DNA of 64,000 nucleotides from NCBI GenBank assembly GCA_043228905.1, contig JBHGNT010000006.1, positions 496,001-560,000 of the forward strand, written 5' to 3'. Shown piece after piece: positions 1 through 12,621 of the stretch. Each line of letters begins with the position of its first letter. Position 1 is the first letter of the stretch. The translations under genes were made by a program, and so were the position numbers. The notes beneath the pieces were generated by a model that saw only the letters and a program-made list of their open reading frames with translations, did no database searches and had not been told where the DNA came from. Source of the stretch: Azolla caroliniana. Lineage: Eukaryota > Plantae > Polypodiophyta.

Positions 1-247
1 TGGGTGCTTTATGAATCCCTTGTGTTCCGGGCCCTTGTTGTTGCATCGCTACGATGGTGGTTTCGAGTTGTTGCACGCGTAACGCAAGTTCCCCATGCTG
101 TTGTTGCGTTTGCTGCTTTTCTAAGGAGATTTGCTGAAGATCCCCCAGCAACCGTTGGTTTTGTTGTTCCAAAGCATGGAACTTCTCTTTCAAGCATTGA
201 AATTCTGAAAAAACAGATTGATATTCTTCAGCGCTAACAGTGGCCAT
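1..247 (-). mobile_element. N-terminus of a Gypsy Gag ORF, open off the window edge
   Basis: The ATG at 247 reads MATVSAEEYQSVFSEFQCLKEKFHALEQQNQRLLGDLQQ...QQQGPGTQGIHKAP with no stop. It is coiled-coil-like and lies just downstream of LTR 321-750. It is not in the ORF track. Confidence 0.55.
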
Positions 248-320
248 GGGATGAAAGAAAAGAGGAATAAGAGATTAGTAGGAAATGAGAGAGACAGAAG
301 GTAGGAAAATCGGTTCAAAC

Positions 321-423
321 TGTCAGGAACAGTACTAAGACAGAGAAGGAATTAGTACTAAAAGAAGTATTAGTACTAAGAGAGGTGAAGAACTCTCGAG
401 AGAAGGAAAGAGTGAGTGAGAGG

Positions 424-454
<31 letters not shown>

Positions 455-750
455 TGATGATAAGAAAAGATATATATTATGTGAAGAAAATGTACAGTAG
501 CTAGGAGGCTTAAGACTGGCGTTGAACCGATTTGGTTCGAAATAATGCCTTGTGCCTCCTTTTATAGTGTTCTAAGGAATACTCCTGAAGTTTCTAGAAT
601 GTTCCAGAGAAATTTGGAATATACATCAATTTTCTATAATAAAATATAAATGAAAATAATATTCTACGTATTACAATGTATAGTCTAATGGTCAAGAGCT
701 CGACCCATGTAGCATAAGGTCATGGGTTCGAGTCTTGCCATATCATGACA
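321..750 (-). mobile_element. 5' LTR of a Gypsy (Tcn1/Tf1-like) element
   Basis: Minus strand starts TGTCA (750) and ends TGACA (321). TATAAAA at ~566-560, pyrimidine-rich U5, then a non-tRNA PBS and the gag start. Confidence 0.6.
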
Positions 751-870
751 GAGAGTGGGAGGGAGAGCTTGTAGAATGTATACTATATAGTGGATCATCT
801 AAAACAGAGAGTGAGGGAGGGAGAGAGAGAGAGAGGGAGGTTTCCAAACTAGTTTCCAAGCCTAAACCTG

Positions 871-2936
871 TGTCGTGAAAATTTCATCACTACGTGCGGA
901 TCGTGAGGCGGAACCGCCGGGGTTCTGGACCAGAAGGATTCGAAGTTTGCACTAGCTTTAGCGAGAAAGTATTTAAGATAGATTGAAAGAGAGAGATTGA
1001 GATAAGATAGAACGCTTGACTTTAGATGGAGATTAAGATAAGATCCCTTGACTTTAGATTTGAGGAACAAGATATATCATCAATTGGATAATGAATTTTC
1101 TTCTTATTAAATTCTTGATTAATACATCGCTCCCTTTTGATCTTTTTCATCAACTCTTTTATAGATGTCCCCATGCATATTATACATGTGAGGGTACAAG
1201 ATATGCATACAATGCATGGAATGCATGTGATGCATGTTTGCCATTAGGCGCTCATGCATTACATGTGACGCATGATAACCATGTCACTCATTCAAGCTCT
1301 AATATGAGAATTTACATGAAACCACATTTGAAAACCAAGGTACAAAAAAAATTCAGCAATCTTTTAAAGTATGTATATAAAAAAAAAAACCTTGTTTTTG
1401 CCAGATTTGGTAGACTGTTACAAAGGTTGTTTCGTTCCAAATAGTCATGATTCGCATAGATAGAAATATACTTAAGATTGAGATTTTTTCTAGCTGTACG
1501 ACTCAATCACCCCCACCAAAGCTGAGCCTTGTAAATCCTCTAAAAAAAAGGACAAATTTTTTGTTGGTAATTCCCCGAACTAATCCAAACTTTCCGTATA
1601 TATATATATATAGAAAAAACATTTCTAGAGAAATGACTTGGCTTAGTGGTAAGTTTATTGCCTCCTATCTTGGAGGTGTAAGGTTCAAGCCTTGCTTGCA
1701 TCCCTTTGTATACAAAATTTCACTAGGTTTTTTAGTCTAGATGATTTTGTTCGTTTCACACCGAAATTGTTGCAATCAACTTATCTGATCAATTCATCTA
1801 TCCGGTATGGTTTCGGTTTCGGTTCTGGTTCAACGTTGTCGCGTTATTACGCGCGTGCGTGTAGAATGAGGCGGGACCACGGGGGTCTTGGACCGAGGAA
1901 CAAGAGAGCAAGAGGGGAGCAAGAAAGACAACGACCGTGCTTCACGTACACACAAATACACAGAAACCGCAACCGATTGAAACAAGATGAATGTGTGTGT
2001 ATATATATATATATATCAGATGAAAAGGGGTTACAACCGGCGGGCCGATGAGCAACAAGCTCTGACGCCTACACACACACACACACACACACAGATGCGA
2101 GATGGAGACTTTGCCGGAAGCACTCGGGCGTTCCACGGAGCAGAGTCAGCCTCCCGAAAACTTGCACAACGCAAATACAGAGAAAGACGGAGGAGAAGAG
2201 CTCGGTCCCAGTGAGACAGCATTTCGTCCTCGACAAAAGCGATCCCCTTTATGATTCCTCTCCCTCTCTTTTATAGCCCAAGGAGGGAGGCCGTTCCAAC
2301 TTGTTACATCATCTTTATTCTCTGTCCTTTCGGACAAAGATATGCCTCGATTTCCTACCTATCAAATCCGTGCGACCTAGGATATTCACATAAGCCGACT
2401 TGTACCTAAATATGTACATTACAACAAAACTTGTGCCCGCGTGTAAGGGCCTATTCGCGCACATTATTCTCTGATTCCACCTAGGGACGGTTTTCTCCAC
2501 GACAACGCCGTCTTCGTTCGTTCCGGTTACAGCTCCGTCGTGGTCCGGTCCTCCAAAACCATTACAAGTAGTTAAGCCACAGTTTAGCCCAAGAACATTA
2601 TGTGCTCCACACATAGACAAAGAGTAATAAGTCTGGCTTTGCTTATATACTGTGGGATCCTGATTTGTCCTATCTATGTGGGATATCTCATAGTTTTGTT
2701 TTTCTCTTCTTCTTCACAAACTTCACATTCACATAACTTGACATTTAGTTGTTTGTTTCAAATGTAGTAAACTACATTCGGAAGCTCTTGAAGACATCCA
2801 TCTTTTCATACCAAGTTATTAAACTAATCTAAAATAGTATATTTACTATTATTGTTTCATATCGTGTATGAAGAACCACACTTGATTTTGTATGTTCCTC
2901 GCAATTTTCACACCATTGCCGAAAATCTTCACGACA
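871..2936 (-). mobile_element. Solo LTR, Gypsy family F, containing a nested solo LTR
   Basis: TGTCGTG...CACGACA termini. Shares the U5 motif gaggcggaaccgccggggttctggacc with 1837, 45540 and the reverse complement of ~37350. Flanks cctg/ctgg (degenerate 4-bp TSD). Confidence 0.7.
1837..2504 (-). mobile_element. Solo LTR, Gypsy family F
   Basis: Begins tgtcgcgttattacgcgcg, the exact reverse complement of the end of LTR 36621-37400. Ends cacgaca. TSD acgt/acgc. Confidence 0.8.
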
Positions 2937-3043
2937 CTGGTTCGGTTCAGGTTTGAGATCCCCAAAATGGTTTAGGCTTAGCCAGTTTGGCTTGGATCAG
3001 GCCAAACCGGCTAAGCCTAAACTGAACCGTTGTCAATCCCTAG
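2937..3043. repeat. Part of an AAACCG/CGGTTT-rich non-autonomous DNA element (MITE-like), interrupted by LTR 871-2936
   Basis: Internal palindromes (gtttaggcttagcc / ggctaagcctaaac); terminus ...ccgttgtcaatcccta; similar tracts at 15525, 17730 and 63089. Confidence 0.45.
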
Positions 3044-3049
3044 AAAACG

Positions 3050-3130
3050 CTTTGATACCATGTAAAGAATCGAGAGAGATTTAGTGCAACGAAAGATGAT
3101 TGTGTGTGTGTGTGTGCACGTAAGACTGGC

Positions 3131-3207
<77 letters not shown>

Positions 3208-3377
3208 AAACAAGAAACTGTATATTACTTCCAACAACAACTAAGTTACAAAGGGTTGGTTTAAATACCAACTAGGCTAGCACAAGTGCCCTTTCAACTA
3301 TTTACAAAACTAGCATGGCGTGTCCATGAGCTAGTGTGAACCCTATCTCTATGGGAAGTTGAGTTCAACTCTCAACA
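3050..3377 (-). mobile_element. Copia 5' LTR (3061-3377, family D) plus tRNA-iMet-type PBS; internal region lost
   Basis: TGTTGAG...TTACA on the minus strand followed by tggtatcaaag. Homologous to LTR 10999-11315. Carries a long (GA)n. Inserted into a family-B LTR. Confidence 0.7.
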
Positions 3378-4216
3378 AAGGCGTTATAGTCAACACTCAT
3401 AACTAGATTCTATCTAGGTAACTACGAAGTTACATGGTTGACTAAATCACTAAACTAAGTTTAGCTTGATCTCTCAACATGCCCCCTCAAGCTCAAGTGT
3501 GATGCGCCCGACATTCGCTTTGGCTTTCGTCAGCTTCATGTGCTTCCATCCAGCCTTCGGCTTTCTTCACCATGGCAATCTCAGTTCCTCCCCCTCAAGC
3601 CGACGACAAAGGCTTGTAGTGTGTAGGCGAAGGTCAACTACATCCACCCATCGTGGGTTATGAGCTCTCAAGCTCTTGGGCTCTTATTGGGTAGCACCTT
3701 CATCGTGAAGGCATAATGATGGGCCATGTACTCTTTGTAGCCGAGCTGAGTGACATGATTCTTCTCTCTAGAAGAGCATCAAAGTTTTTCGTTTGCCGAT
3801 GTGAGCGCCTTCTTTACTCCAGGTGTCCATATGATGGGTACACCAAACTCACTGTCTAGTGAGGGCGCCGACAGATTCGAATCACTGTCGTCGGGATGAT
3901 CGACTTCGTATTAGGGCATCTTACCTTTGCCTTTGTCCAAGGTCGTACTTGGTCGCGACGTGCTTGAAAGGCTTGAAGGCTCGTGTGGTTCACTTACCTC
4001 GGTAGAGCTTGGATGGTCCTTTGGTGAAGGGCTTGGCCGAATATCATCATCTGAGTTGATGTTCAACTCTTCCTCAATCGAGTCGGGTGGAGTCGAATCG
4101 GGCTTATACCATGAGGCCAATTAGTTGAAGACTACGTCTCGACTCACCCGAACCGCTTGGGTCGAAGGGTTATAGCACTTGTATGCCTTCTTCTCGGATG
4201 AGTATCCTATGAGGAC
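3378..4216 (-). mobile_element. 3' part of non-autonomous Copia family B (post-integrase region, PPT, partial 3' LTR 3378-3479)
   Basis: Colinear with 42440-43260; PPT cttgagcttgagggggca abuts TGTTGAG at 3479. Confidence 0.75.
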
Positions 4217-4412
4217 GTTGAAACCAGCTTTATGGCTCGATAGCGCAAACGTTTGGACAAGTCAACTCCAACTCGGCCACATTTGTCTATAGTGATAGTC
4301 AGGGTGTTGCTCTATCAAAAAATTTGGTTCAACACAACGCCTCGAAACACATCGATGTTTGGTATCACTTAGTTCGGGACAATGTCATTTAGGAAAAATG
4401 AGCCTTGAGAAT

Positions 4413-7400
4413 TGTTGGGAAATCAATCCCTTCAGATGGGATCCGATGTTGAATGAAGGAGACCCGGTGAGAACCGGAAGAGAAGACCTATTTGTGAATA
4501 TGTTTTGAATAAGTCTATTGAGGCTATATTTGTAAATAGCCCTAAGTTCATATAAGTATAAATATGACTTAGGGCAAACACTTTGTGTATGTTGTTATAT
4601 TGTTGTAACTGTTGTATAGAGAGCTACAGAGAGGGAGAGAGTGTGAGATACAGAGAAATACTCTATTGTAACCGCATGGTGGCAAAGAAACAGAGCTCGA
4701 GGTTGTCGCCTCCGAGCCTCTGATTGTACCCTTCTCATATAGTGATAGTTTGGAGTCTGTGGGCTCCCGTGGTTGTTTTCGCTATTAGGGTTTTCCACAC
4801 AAACATCCTATGTACTCTCCATCGAATCGTGTGTGTACATGCGTTCACTCCCTATTTCCCATTTTTGTGTTTCATTCTCATCGAAGTGATTCATTTCTCG
4901 ATTGTGGCCGAGCAATATTCCGCGCTTTTCTTGTCAATCTAGTATCAGAGCGAACAACACAGGAAATGGAAGAATCGTTCAGCGGCATGTTCAAGCTCAC
5001 CGGCTCCAACTACTCTACTTAGTGTGGAAGTCAAAGATGAGAGATATGATGGTGGTTAAATATCTTTGGTTGCCGGTTCAGTTCGGGGACAAGAGACCGA
5101 ATAAGATCGATGCCATAGTATGGGAGGTGATGCACATGAAGACTGCGGCTTACATATGGTGCTTCATTGACATAAGCCTATACAACAACGTCAATGAAGA
5201 GAGCAAGGCTCATGAACTCTAGGAGAAGATCAGCATCATGTTCCAGAACAAGAATGTTGTTAATCAGGTTTCGGTATTCTGGAAGCTAGTGAGGCTCTAG
5301 TACCAAGACGACTCCAATATGGCGGAGCACATGAATGCCTTCCAGGGATTGATCCACCAAGAAAACTTGTTGGAAGTACCTCTCCCTAATGAGGTACTCG
5401 CATTGCTCCTGCTCGGTTCCCTCCCTGATAGCTGGGAGACATTAGTTGTCACGTTGGGCAATGCCAAGCCAGAAGGAAAACAAGGGTAAAATCAAGCTTG
5501 CTAGATGAAGAAGCTCGCCGGAAGGACCGGGAGTCCGGAACTGATCCGAAGGCCTTGGTCACGGAAGATGACCACAATCGAGGAAGAGGCCGGTATCAGA
5601 GTCCCCAAAACCGGGACAAATTGGGGACGAGGTTGAAGTCAAGGGGGAGGCCTACTTGCTTCTACTATAGGAAGTCGGGGCACTTCCAGAAGAATTGTTG
5701 GCATTTCCAGAAAGAGAAAGAAACTGGCACCACTGATTCGAAGAAGAGTTTAGACCAAAACGGTTCGGACCAGAGAGGGCTGGATCGGAAAGGAACATAG
5801 CAATCGTGACAAGTGAAGAGGAACTGATGCTCATTACCGAAGAAAATGAGTTAAACCTTGTCGGCGACGAGACAACGTGGGTTGTTGATTCCGGAGCGTC
5901 GTTCCACCTGACACCGGATCGAAAATGCTTCTCATCCTACACAACCGGTGATCATGGTTGTGTCTAGATGGGGAATGAAGATACATGCCGAATTATCGGC
6001 ATAGGAGATGTGTTGTTGACGACATCAATCGGATGCAAGTTGCTTCGGAAGGATGTCCGACACGTTCTGGAGGTTCGATTGAACCTGATATCAGCCGGTC
6101 GGCTAGATGATGAAGGCTACATGGGTAGCATCTAGAACGGAGTCATGAAGTTTTGCAAAGGGAGCCTAATAGTGGATCGAGCCCAGAAGGTCAACACATT
6201 GTACTTGATGAATGCCCGGATATGCCGGGAAGAAGTGAACGTAGCATCCGACATTGCCGGTGAGTTGTGGCACAAGAGGATGTGTCACATTAGGGAGAAG
6301 GGGATGAAGAGGCTTGCCGAAGACAACCTCATTCCGGTGAAGGAAGTGCAACTTGAGAAGTGCATTGATTGCTTGACCGGCAAGCAAAACCGAACGTCCT
6401 TTCGGTCAAGACCACCGGTGAGATGGAATGCACCACTAGAGCTGGTGCATACCAATGTGTGTCAAGTTTACACGAAATCACCTGTCGGATCACAGTACTT
6501 CGTGACGTTCATAGATGACCACAACTGGAAGCTGTGGGTCTCACCGTTGAAGACGAAGGATCAGGTGTTATCCGACTTCAAGGAACTCCACGCGAGAGTG
6601 GAAAGAGAAACCAGCCGGAAGCTAAAGGCGGTTCAAGTAGACAATGGAGGAGAATACCGGGGGTAGTTTGAGGAGTACTGCCGATCGAAGGGAATCCAAC
6701 TCGAATTTACCGTGCCGAAGACGTCGGAACTAAACAAGTTGGCTGAATGGATGAAACGAACCATAATGGAGAGAGTCTGGAGCATGCTGGCACATGCAAA
6801 GTTACCCAACACATTCAGGGCTGAGGCGCTGATGACAACGACCTATGTGATAAACAGATCACCCTTAGCAGCCTTGGAAGGAGACTCACTGTAGAAAGTA
6901 TGGACTGGTAAAGATGTATCTTATCGGCATTTGAAGGTGTTCGGGTGTCTCGCTTACGTGCATGTGGTGAAGGACAAGAGAGCAAAGCTGGATACGAAGT
7001 CCCGGCCATGCATAGGAGTTGGAGAAGAAGGTGATGAACTCCAGATCATCCAATGAAAACCGGCTCGAGGACACAAAGACCTACCCGGTTGAAAACCGGA
7101 TGTTAGCCGGTAACCGGATGACACTCGATGAACCGGCTGGATATGGACAAGAAACCGAACCGACTGAAGAAGAAAAAGAAGAAGATACAAGAATCAGATT
7201 CGAACGAGGAACAAACGGAGGAACCGGTAATCAGAAACCAAGGACGGAGATATCCTCTCCGAGAGAGAAGAGCCCCCCGGAGATTTCCAGATGCAGATCA
7301 TGTGTTGCTAACCGATGAGGGGGACACGGAAAGCTTCGAAGAAGCAAAGAGAGACACCCACATCCACAAGTGGTTGAGTGCCATGCAGGATGAGATGGAT

Positions 7401-9423
7401 TCCCTACATGAGAACAACACATATGAACTGACAGAGTTGCCAAAAGGGAAGAGAGCACTCCAGAACAAGTGGGTGTAAAAGTTGAAACTAGGAGATGCCG
7501 GAAATCCACCAAGGTATAAGGCCCAAATCTTGGTGAATGGCTTCTAGTAGAAGAAAGGAGTGGACTTCGATGAGATCTTTGCCCTGGTAGTAAAGATGGC
7601 ATCCATCCGAACGGTATTGGGCATAACGGCAAGCATGGACCTCGAGGTAGAGCAACTGGACGTGAAGACGACATTCCTCCTTGGTGACCTCGACGAAGAG
7701 ATCTACACGCATCAACCGAAAGGATTTGAGAAGAAAGGGAAGGAGCACCTGGTGTGCCGGCTGAAGAAGAGCTTATATGGCCTGAAGCTCCCCGGCAATG
7801 GTACTGGAAGTTCGACTCCTTCATGACCGACCAAGGGTACCACAAGACGCAGGCCGATCACTACGTGTTTGTGAAGAAATTTGACGGAGGAGATTTCCTA
7901 ATACTCCTATATGTGGATGATATGTTGATCGTCGGACGAGACCAAGGCGAGATCCGGATGTTGAAGAAGGCTCTGAACCGGACCTTCTCAATGAAAAACT
8001 TGGGTCCGACAAGACAGATATTGGGAATGCACATAATCCAGGACCAGTTGAAGAAGCTATTGTGGTTGTCACAAGAGAACTACATGATAAAGGTGCTTTA
8101 AAGGTTCAACATGTCAGAGGCGAAACCGGTCGGATCGACACTTCCGACAAACTGCAAGCTATCCGGAAAACAAAGTCTGAGGACATAGGCAGAGAAGATG
8201 GATATGGCGAAGATACCATATGCCTCTGCCATCGGAAGCTTGATGTTACATGCGATGATATGTACCCGGCCGGATATCGAATATGCGGTCAGAGTGGTAA
8301 GCCAGTTCATGAGCAATCCCGGAAGAGAGCACTGGAACGCGGTCAAGTGGATACTCTGGTATCTGAAAGGCACCTCAAGTATGTGCCTCTAGTTCGGCTC
8401 CAATAATCCCCAACTTGATGGATTCACGGATTCGGATATGTCGGCTGATGCGGATACTAGCGGATCTACATCCGGATATTTCATGACTTATGCAAGGGAA
8501 GTTGTTTCCTGGCAGTTGAGGTTGCAGAAGACGGTTGCGTTGTCAACCACGAAGGCGGAGTACATGGCAGTTGTAGAAACCGGCAAGGAGATAATCTGGA
8601 TGAAGGACTTCATCGGAGATCTAGGAATCCAACAGGAGGAATAACGGCTCTACTGCGACAGTCAAAGTGTCATCCACCTTGCAAAGAACACGGCCTACCA
8701 TTCCCGAACGAAACATATCCAGCGGAGGTACCACTGGATCCGAGAGAGAGTAGAAGATCAAGAGTTCATGCTGACGAAGATCCATACGGAGGAGAACGGG
8801 TCGAATATTCTAACCAAGGTGTTGACAACCGACAAGTTGGACGCGTGCCGAAAACGGATCGGGCTTGCGAGACATCCCATGCTAGAGTGAAGGGGGAGAT
8901 TGTTGGGAAATCGCTCCCTCCAGATGGGATCCGGTGTTGAATGAAGGAGACCCGGTGAGAACCTGAAGAGAAGACATATTTTTGAATATGTTTTGAGTAA
9001 GCCTATTGAGGCAATATTTGTAAATAGCCCTAAGTTCATATAAGTATAAATATGACTTAGGGCAAACACGTTGTGTATGTTGTTATATTGTTGTAACTGC
9101 TGTATAGAGAGCTATAGAGAGGGAGAGAGTGTGAGATACAAAGAAATACTCTGTTGTAATTGCTTGGTGGCGAAGAAACGGAGCTTGAGGTCGTTGCCTC
9201 CGAGTCTCTAATTGTACCCTCCTCATATAGTGATAGTTCGGAGTCTGTGGGCTCTCATGGTTTTTTTCCCTGTTAGGGTTTTCCACGTAAACATCCTGTG
9301 TTCTCTCTATTGAATCGTGTGTATACGTGCGTTCACTCCCTATTTCCCATTTCTATGTTTCATTCTCATCGTGTGATTCATTACTTGGTTGTGGCCGAGC
9401 AATATTCCGCGCTTTTCATGTCA
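4413..9423 (+). mobile_element. Full-length degenerate Ty1/Copia element, family A (Tnt1/Tork-like); LTRs 4413-4936 and 8901-9423
   Basis: Paired LTRs, TSD agaat/agaag, PBS tagtatcagagc, PPT gagtgaagggggagat. Gag Zn knuckle remnant, protease WVVDSGA, integrase YFVTFIDD/DNGGEY, RT LYVDDML, RNase H; many stops. Confidence 0.92.
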
Positions 9424-9718
9424 AGAAGATACCTATAGCCAATAATGTCACAAATGGATTGACCAAGAGTCTCTCGTCGGATCGATTTCGATCCCTTTGG
9501 CACCAAATTGGCATAATGAAGAATTAGTCAAATTGAGTCGAACACTCAGGATGTTTTTCGAGCAGTCATCATCGACAGTTCGAAGCTTGGTCTTAGCTCC
9601 CTCGATCTTGGCCAGTTCGGCCTTTTGTTTTTCGGAGCTCACTAACTCGAACAGAAATCCAATGTGTTCGAAAACTTTGTATCAATCTATATTGTACACT
9701 AATTTCGATTTACAGATT

Positions 9719-9823
9719 TTTTAATAATTAGGTAAGTAATTAAGCAAGGGTTAATTAGTACCTAATTATGTGATTAGTTGATAAGCGGAAGATTAAGTGA
9801 TATGTGTGTATATGTGTGTGAGA

Positions 9824-9865
<42 letters not shown>

Positions 9866-10190
9866 GTTAACACTTATGAACAACACGAGATGGGGGATGA
9901 TTAACTCTATACTAAATTAGCATTATCATCATCAAATACAAAAATACCCACAATGAGGTATATATAGATCTCATGTGCAAGGGTGCACATGTGCGAGGAG
10001 AATATAGGTACAAGGGTGTAAGTTCTATATTAAACGTACTTAGGAGTGGAGGATCTAGAATATCCCACTTAAGTACAACGTCCTATTTAAGGTGTTATAG
10101 TCAACACTTCTAAGTAGATTCTATCTAGGTAACTACGAAGTTACATGGTTGACTAACTAACTAAACTAAGTTGAGGTTGATCTCTCAACA
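9719..10190 (-). mobile_element. Solo LTR, Copia family B
   Basis: Homologous to 42105-42538 and 51907-52371; perfect TSD agatt. Confidence 0.88.
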
Positions 10191-10543
10191 AGATTTATGT
10201 TGAATGCGGGTCTCTAATGTACGTATTCACATTATCTCCTTTGTATACACTAGGTTTAAGCCATTTATGTAAATAGTGAGAAGGGTTGTTGCCCAAAGTT
10301 AGTGAGTATATAAACTGACTCCGTAACCTAGTTTGTGTGTGGTTCATTCTATACATTGTGCCATTGAGCTTGAGTCATAAAGTACATCTTGTGCCAAACC
10401 ATTTTCCCCACTTGCGTTTCTCGTTGATCTTGTTTCCTCTTGAATCTGTTTCTAGTTGTCATTAATCTTCAATGCTGAATTTGGTAATAATCCTCTCTGA
10501 GAGTGTTGAGATTGCTCCGCACTAGACGACCGAGTTTCCAACA

Positions 10544-11179
10544 CATGGAACCCTGTGTTCCACGTGCGGGCTAAGCATATCAAAGTGCACTATCACTTCA
10601 TTCGAGAGCGCGTTCAAGCTTGAGATGTCGATTTACAACACGTCACAATGAATCTTCAAGTGGCCGACATCTTCACAAAAGTCCTCGGTATTGAAAAGTT
10701 GTGGTAGTTTGTGGTGAACCTTGGTCTCTTGATCACCGACCAGTCGGGCTTGAGGGGGAGCACTGAGAAACAACAAATCGAAAAACAACATTAGTCAAAT
10801 AGCAGCCAATCAACCGATTGATGGCGACCAAAGGAGTCGAAGTACGATGATAATCGAGCTGAACAAGGAGCACGAAGCACACGAACAGTCAAAGCCGTGT
10901 CGACTAACCTTTCGAAAGACGATTTAGCAGAATCGAAGATTTTCAAGGATCGAACCAAACCAACTTTTTGACATCTAGAAGTTCTATTCGAAGGGGCGTG
11001 TTGAGAACCCAACTCAACTTCCCATAGAGATAGTGTTCACACTAGCCAGTGGACATCATACTAGGCTAGTTTTGTAGTTAGTATAAAAAAGGCAATTGCC
11101 ATAGACCTAACTCTTTGTAACTTAGTTACTGTTGGATGAAATCATATTTTTTCTAATACAACTTCTTGTTCTAAGCTCT

Positions 11180-11270
<91 letters not shown>

Positions 11271-11315
11271 CTCACTTCCGTTGCAGAGAACCACATCTGT
11301 CTCTCATTCCTTTCA
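10544..11315 (+). mobile_element. 3' end of a Copia element (RNase H C-terminus, spacer, 3' LTR 10999-11315, family D)
   Basis: NPVFH.RAKHIKVHYHFIRERV...QVADIFTK motif; PPT gaaggggcg before TGTTGAG; LTR carries (CT)n and (CA)n. Confidence 0.75.
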
Positions 11316-12120
11316 ATTCCAAATGGAATTCCTCTCTTGTACATACACTACATTGAACCTCATTATACAAGTGTACGCCATCATAGATTTGATGGTTGTC
11401 CATGTTTTAATGGTTGTCCATGATGAAATAACACTCCTAAAGGTTTTATTTCCTAGAAAATGTTTATCACACATCACCAAACAATTGATTGGTTATTGAC
11501 TCAAAACTCAAATTGGTTACTTCATAATTGTTCCGAATTTCTTTGAAGGCCATTTTTTCTCACAACTATTTTAGGACTTCGAAGTTGCATAGTAAACTTG
11601 GGGACTTTTGAGTCTACCTTCATTAAATTCTTAGTTAGTATGTATGTATATGATTAGGATTAATAGAGAGAGAGAGAGAGAGACATAACGCGTGATCCAA
11701 ATCGTCCATCTCACCATTTACCTTACAGAAGATTGATTGATACTTAGTTAGTTAGTATGTACTGTGTATGTACATATGTGCAGTTGGCCGTAGGGAAGTA
11801 AAAAAAGAGAGTCAGCAACGGCACTTTGATTGCAGAGTTGGGGATTATATTTAAGATAGAGAGGACATAGGCGGCGGGCGCGTAATTTTTGGAACCGCCC
11901 TGGCCCCTGCCCTGCGCTGCCCTCGCCTCTCATTTTTACTGCTGTATTCAAAGTCAACGTTTCCATAGGCATTTCATCGGGAGTGGTGACAGCGTGTATG
12001 TTCATATTTACGATTCAAAAACAAATTTCTAAGATCCCAAATTTCTCCTCCTCCTCCACCTCCTCCTCCTAAACACCGACACCAACACCAACACCGCCAA
12101 CATGAACATTACGAATTAAA

Positions 12121-12180
<60 letters not shown>

Positions 12181-12621
12181 CTACATTAATGCACACCGCA
12201 TTACATAGATATACATATATATTTAGGTAGGTAGGCGTGCTGCAGCGAAGGGAGGAGTTACATACTAGGTGTGCTGCAATCTCGATGATTCATTCCATCA
12301 CCAACGTGGGCAGGAAAAGGATTCTTCTTATATGCACGGGCCTCTGGTAGGTAGTTGTATTATTCACTGGCCACATAATTATCTATCTATCTATAATAAT
12401 AATAATAATAATAATATAATATATATGCGCAGCACGCATTGACGTGGAAACAACAACATCAGAGAGAGAGAGAGGGAGGGAGGAAGGGGGACACTTCTTA
12501 ATCCATAGTCTGGGAACTCTTCTACATTCATCTGGCCCCTCAGCAAGTAACTTTGATATACGCACCATTCGATCTTCTGCCAGAGGTACTGGATCAAAAA
12601 AAGAGCAGCAACATCAGAAGG

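Larger units (their letters stand above)
4217..10543 (+). mobile_element. 3' part of Copia family C (RNase H remnant plus 3' LTR ~10198-10543), host of two nested insertions
   Basis: RNase H remnant (KHIDV.YH..R...LEKIPIANNVTNGLTKSL) reads through the 4413-9423 insertion; colinear with 40861-41772. Confidence 0.7.

Noticed and set aside
3050-3497. Apparent LTR flanked by both PPT and PBS (tandem element)
   Set aside because: Resolves as a family D 5' LTR (3061-3377) inserted into a family B 3' LTR.
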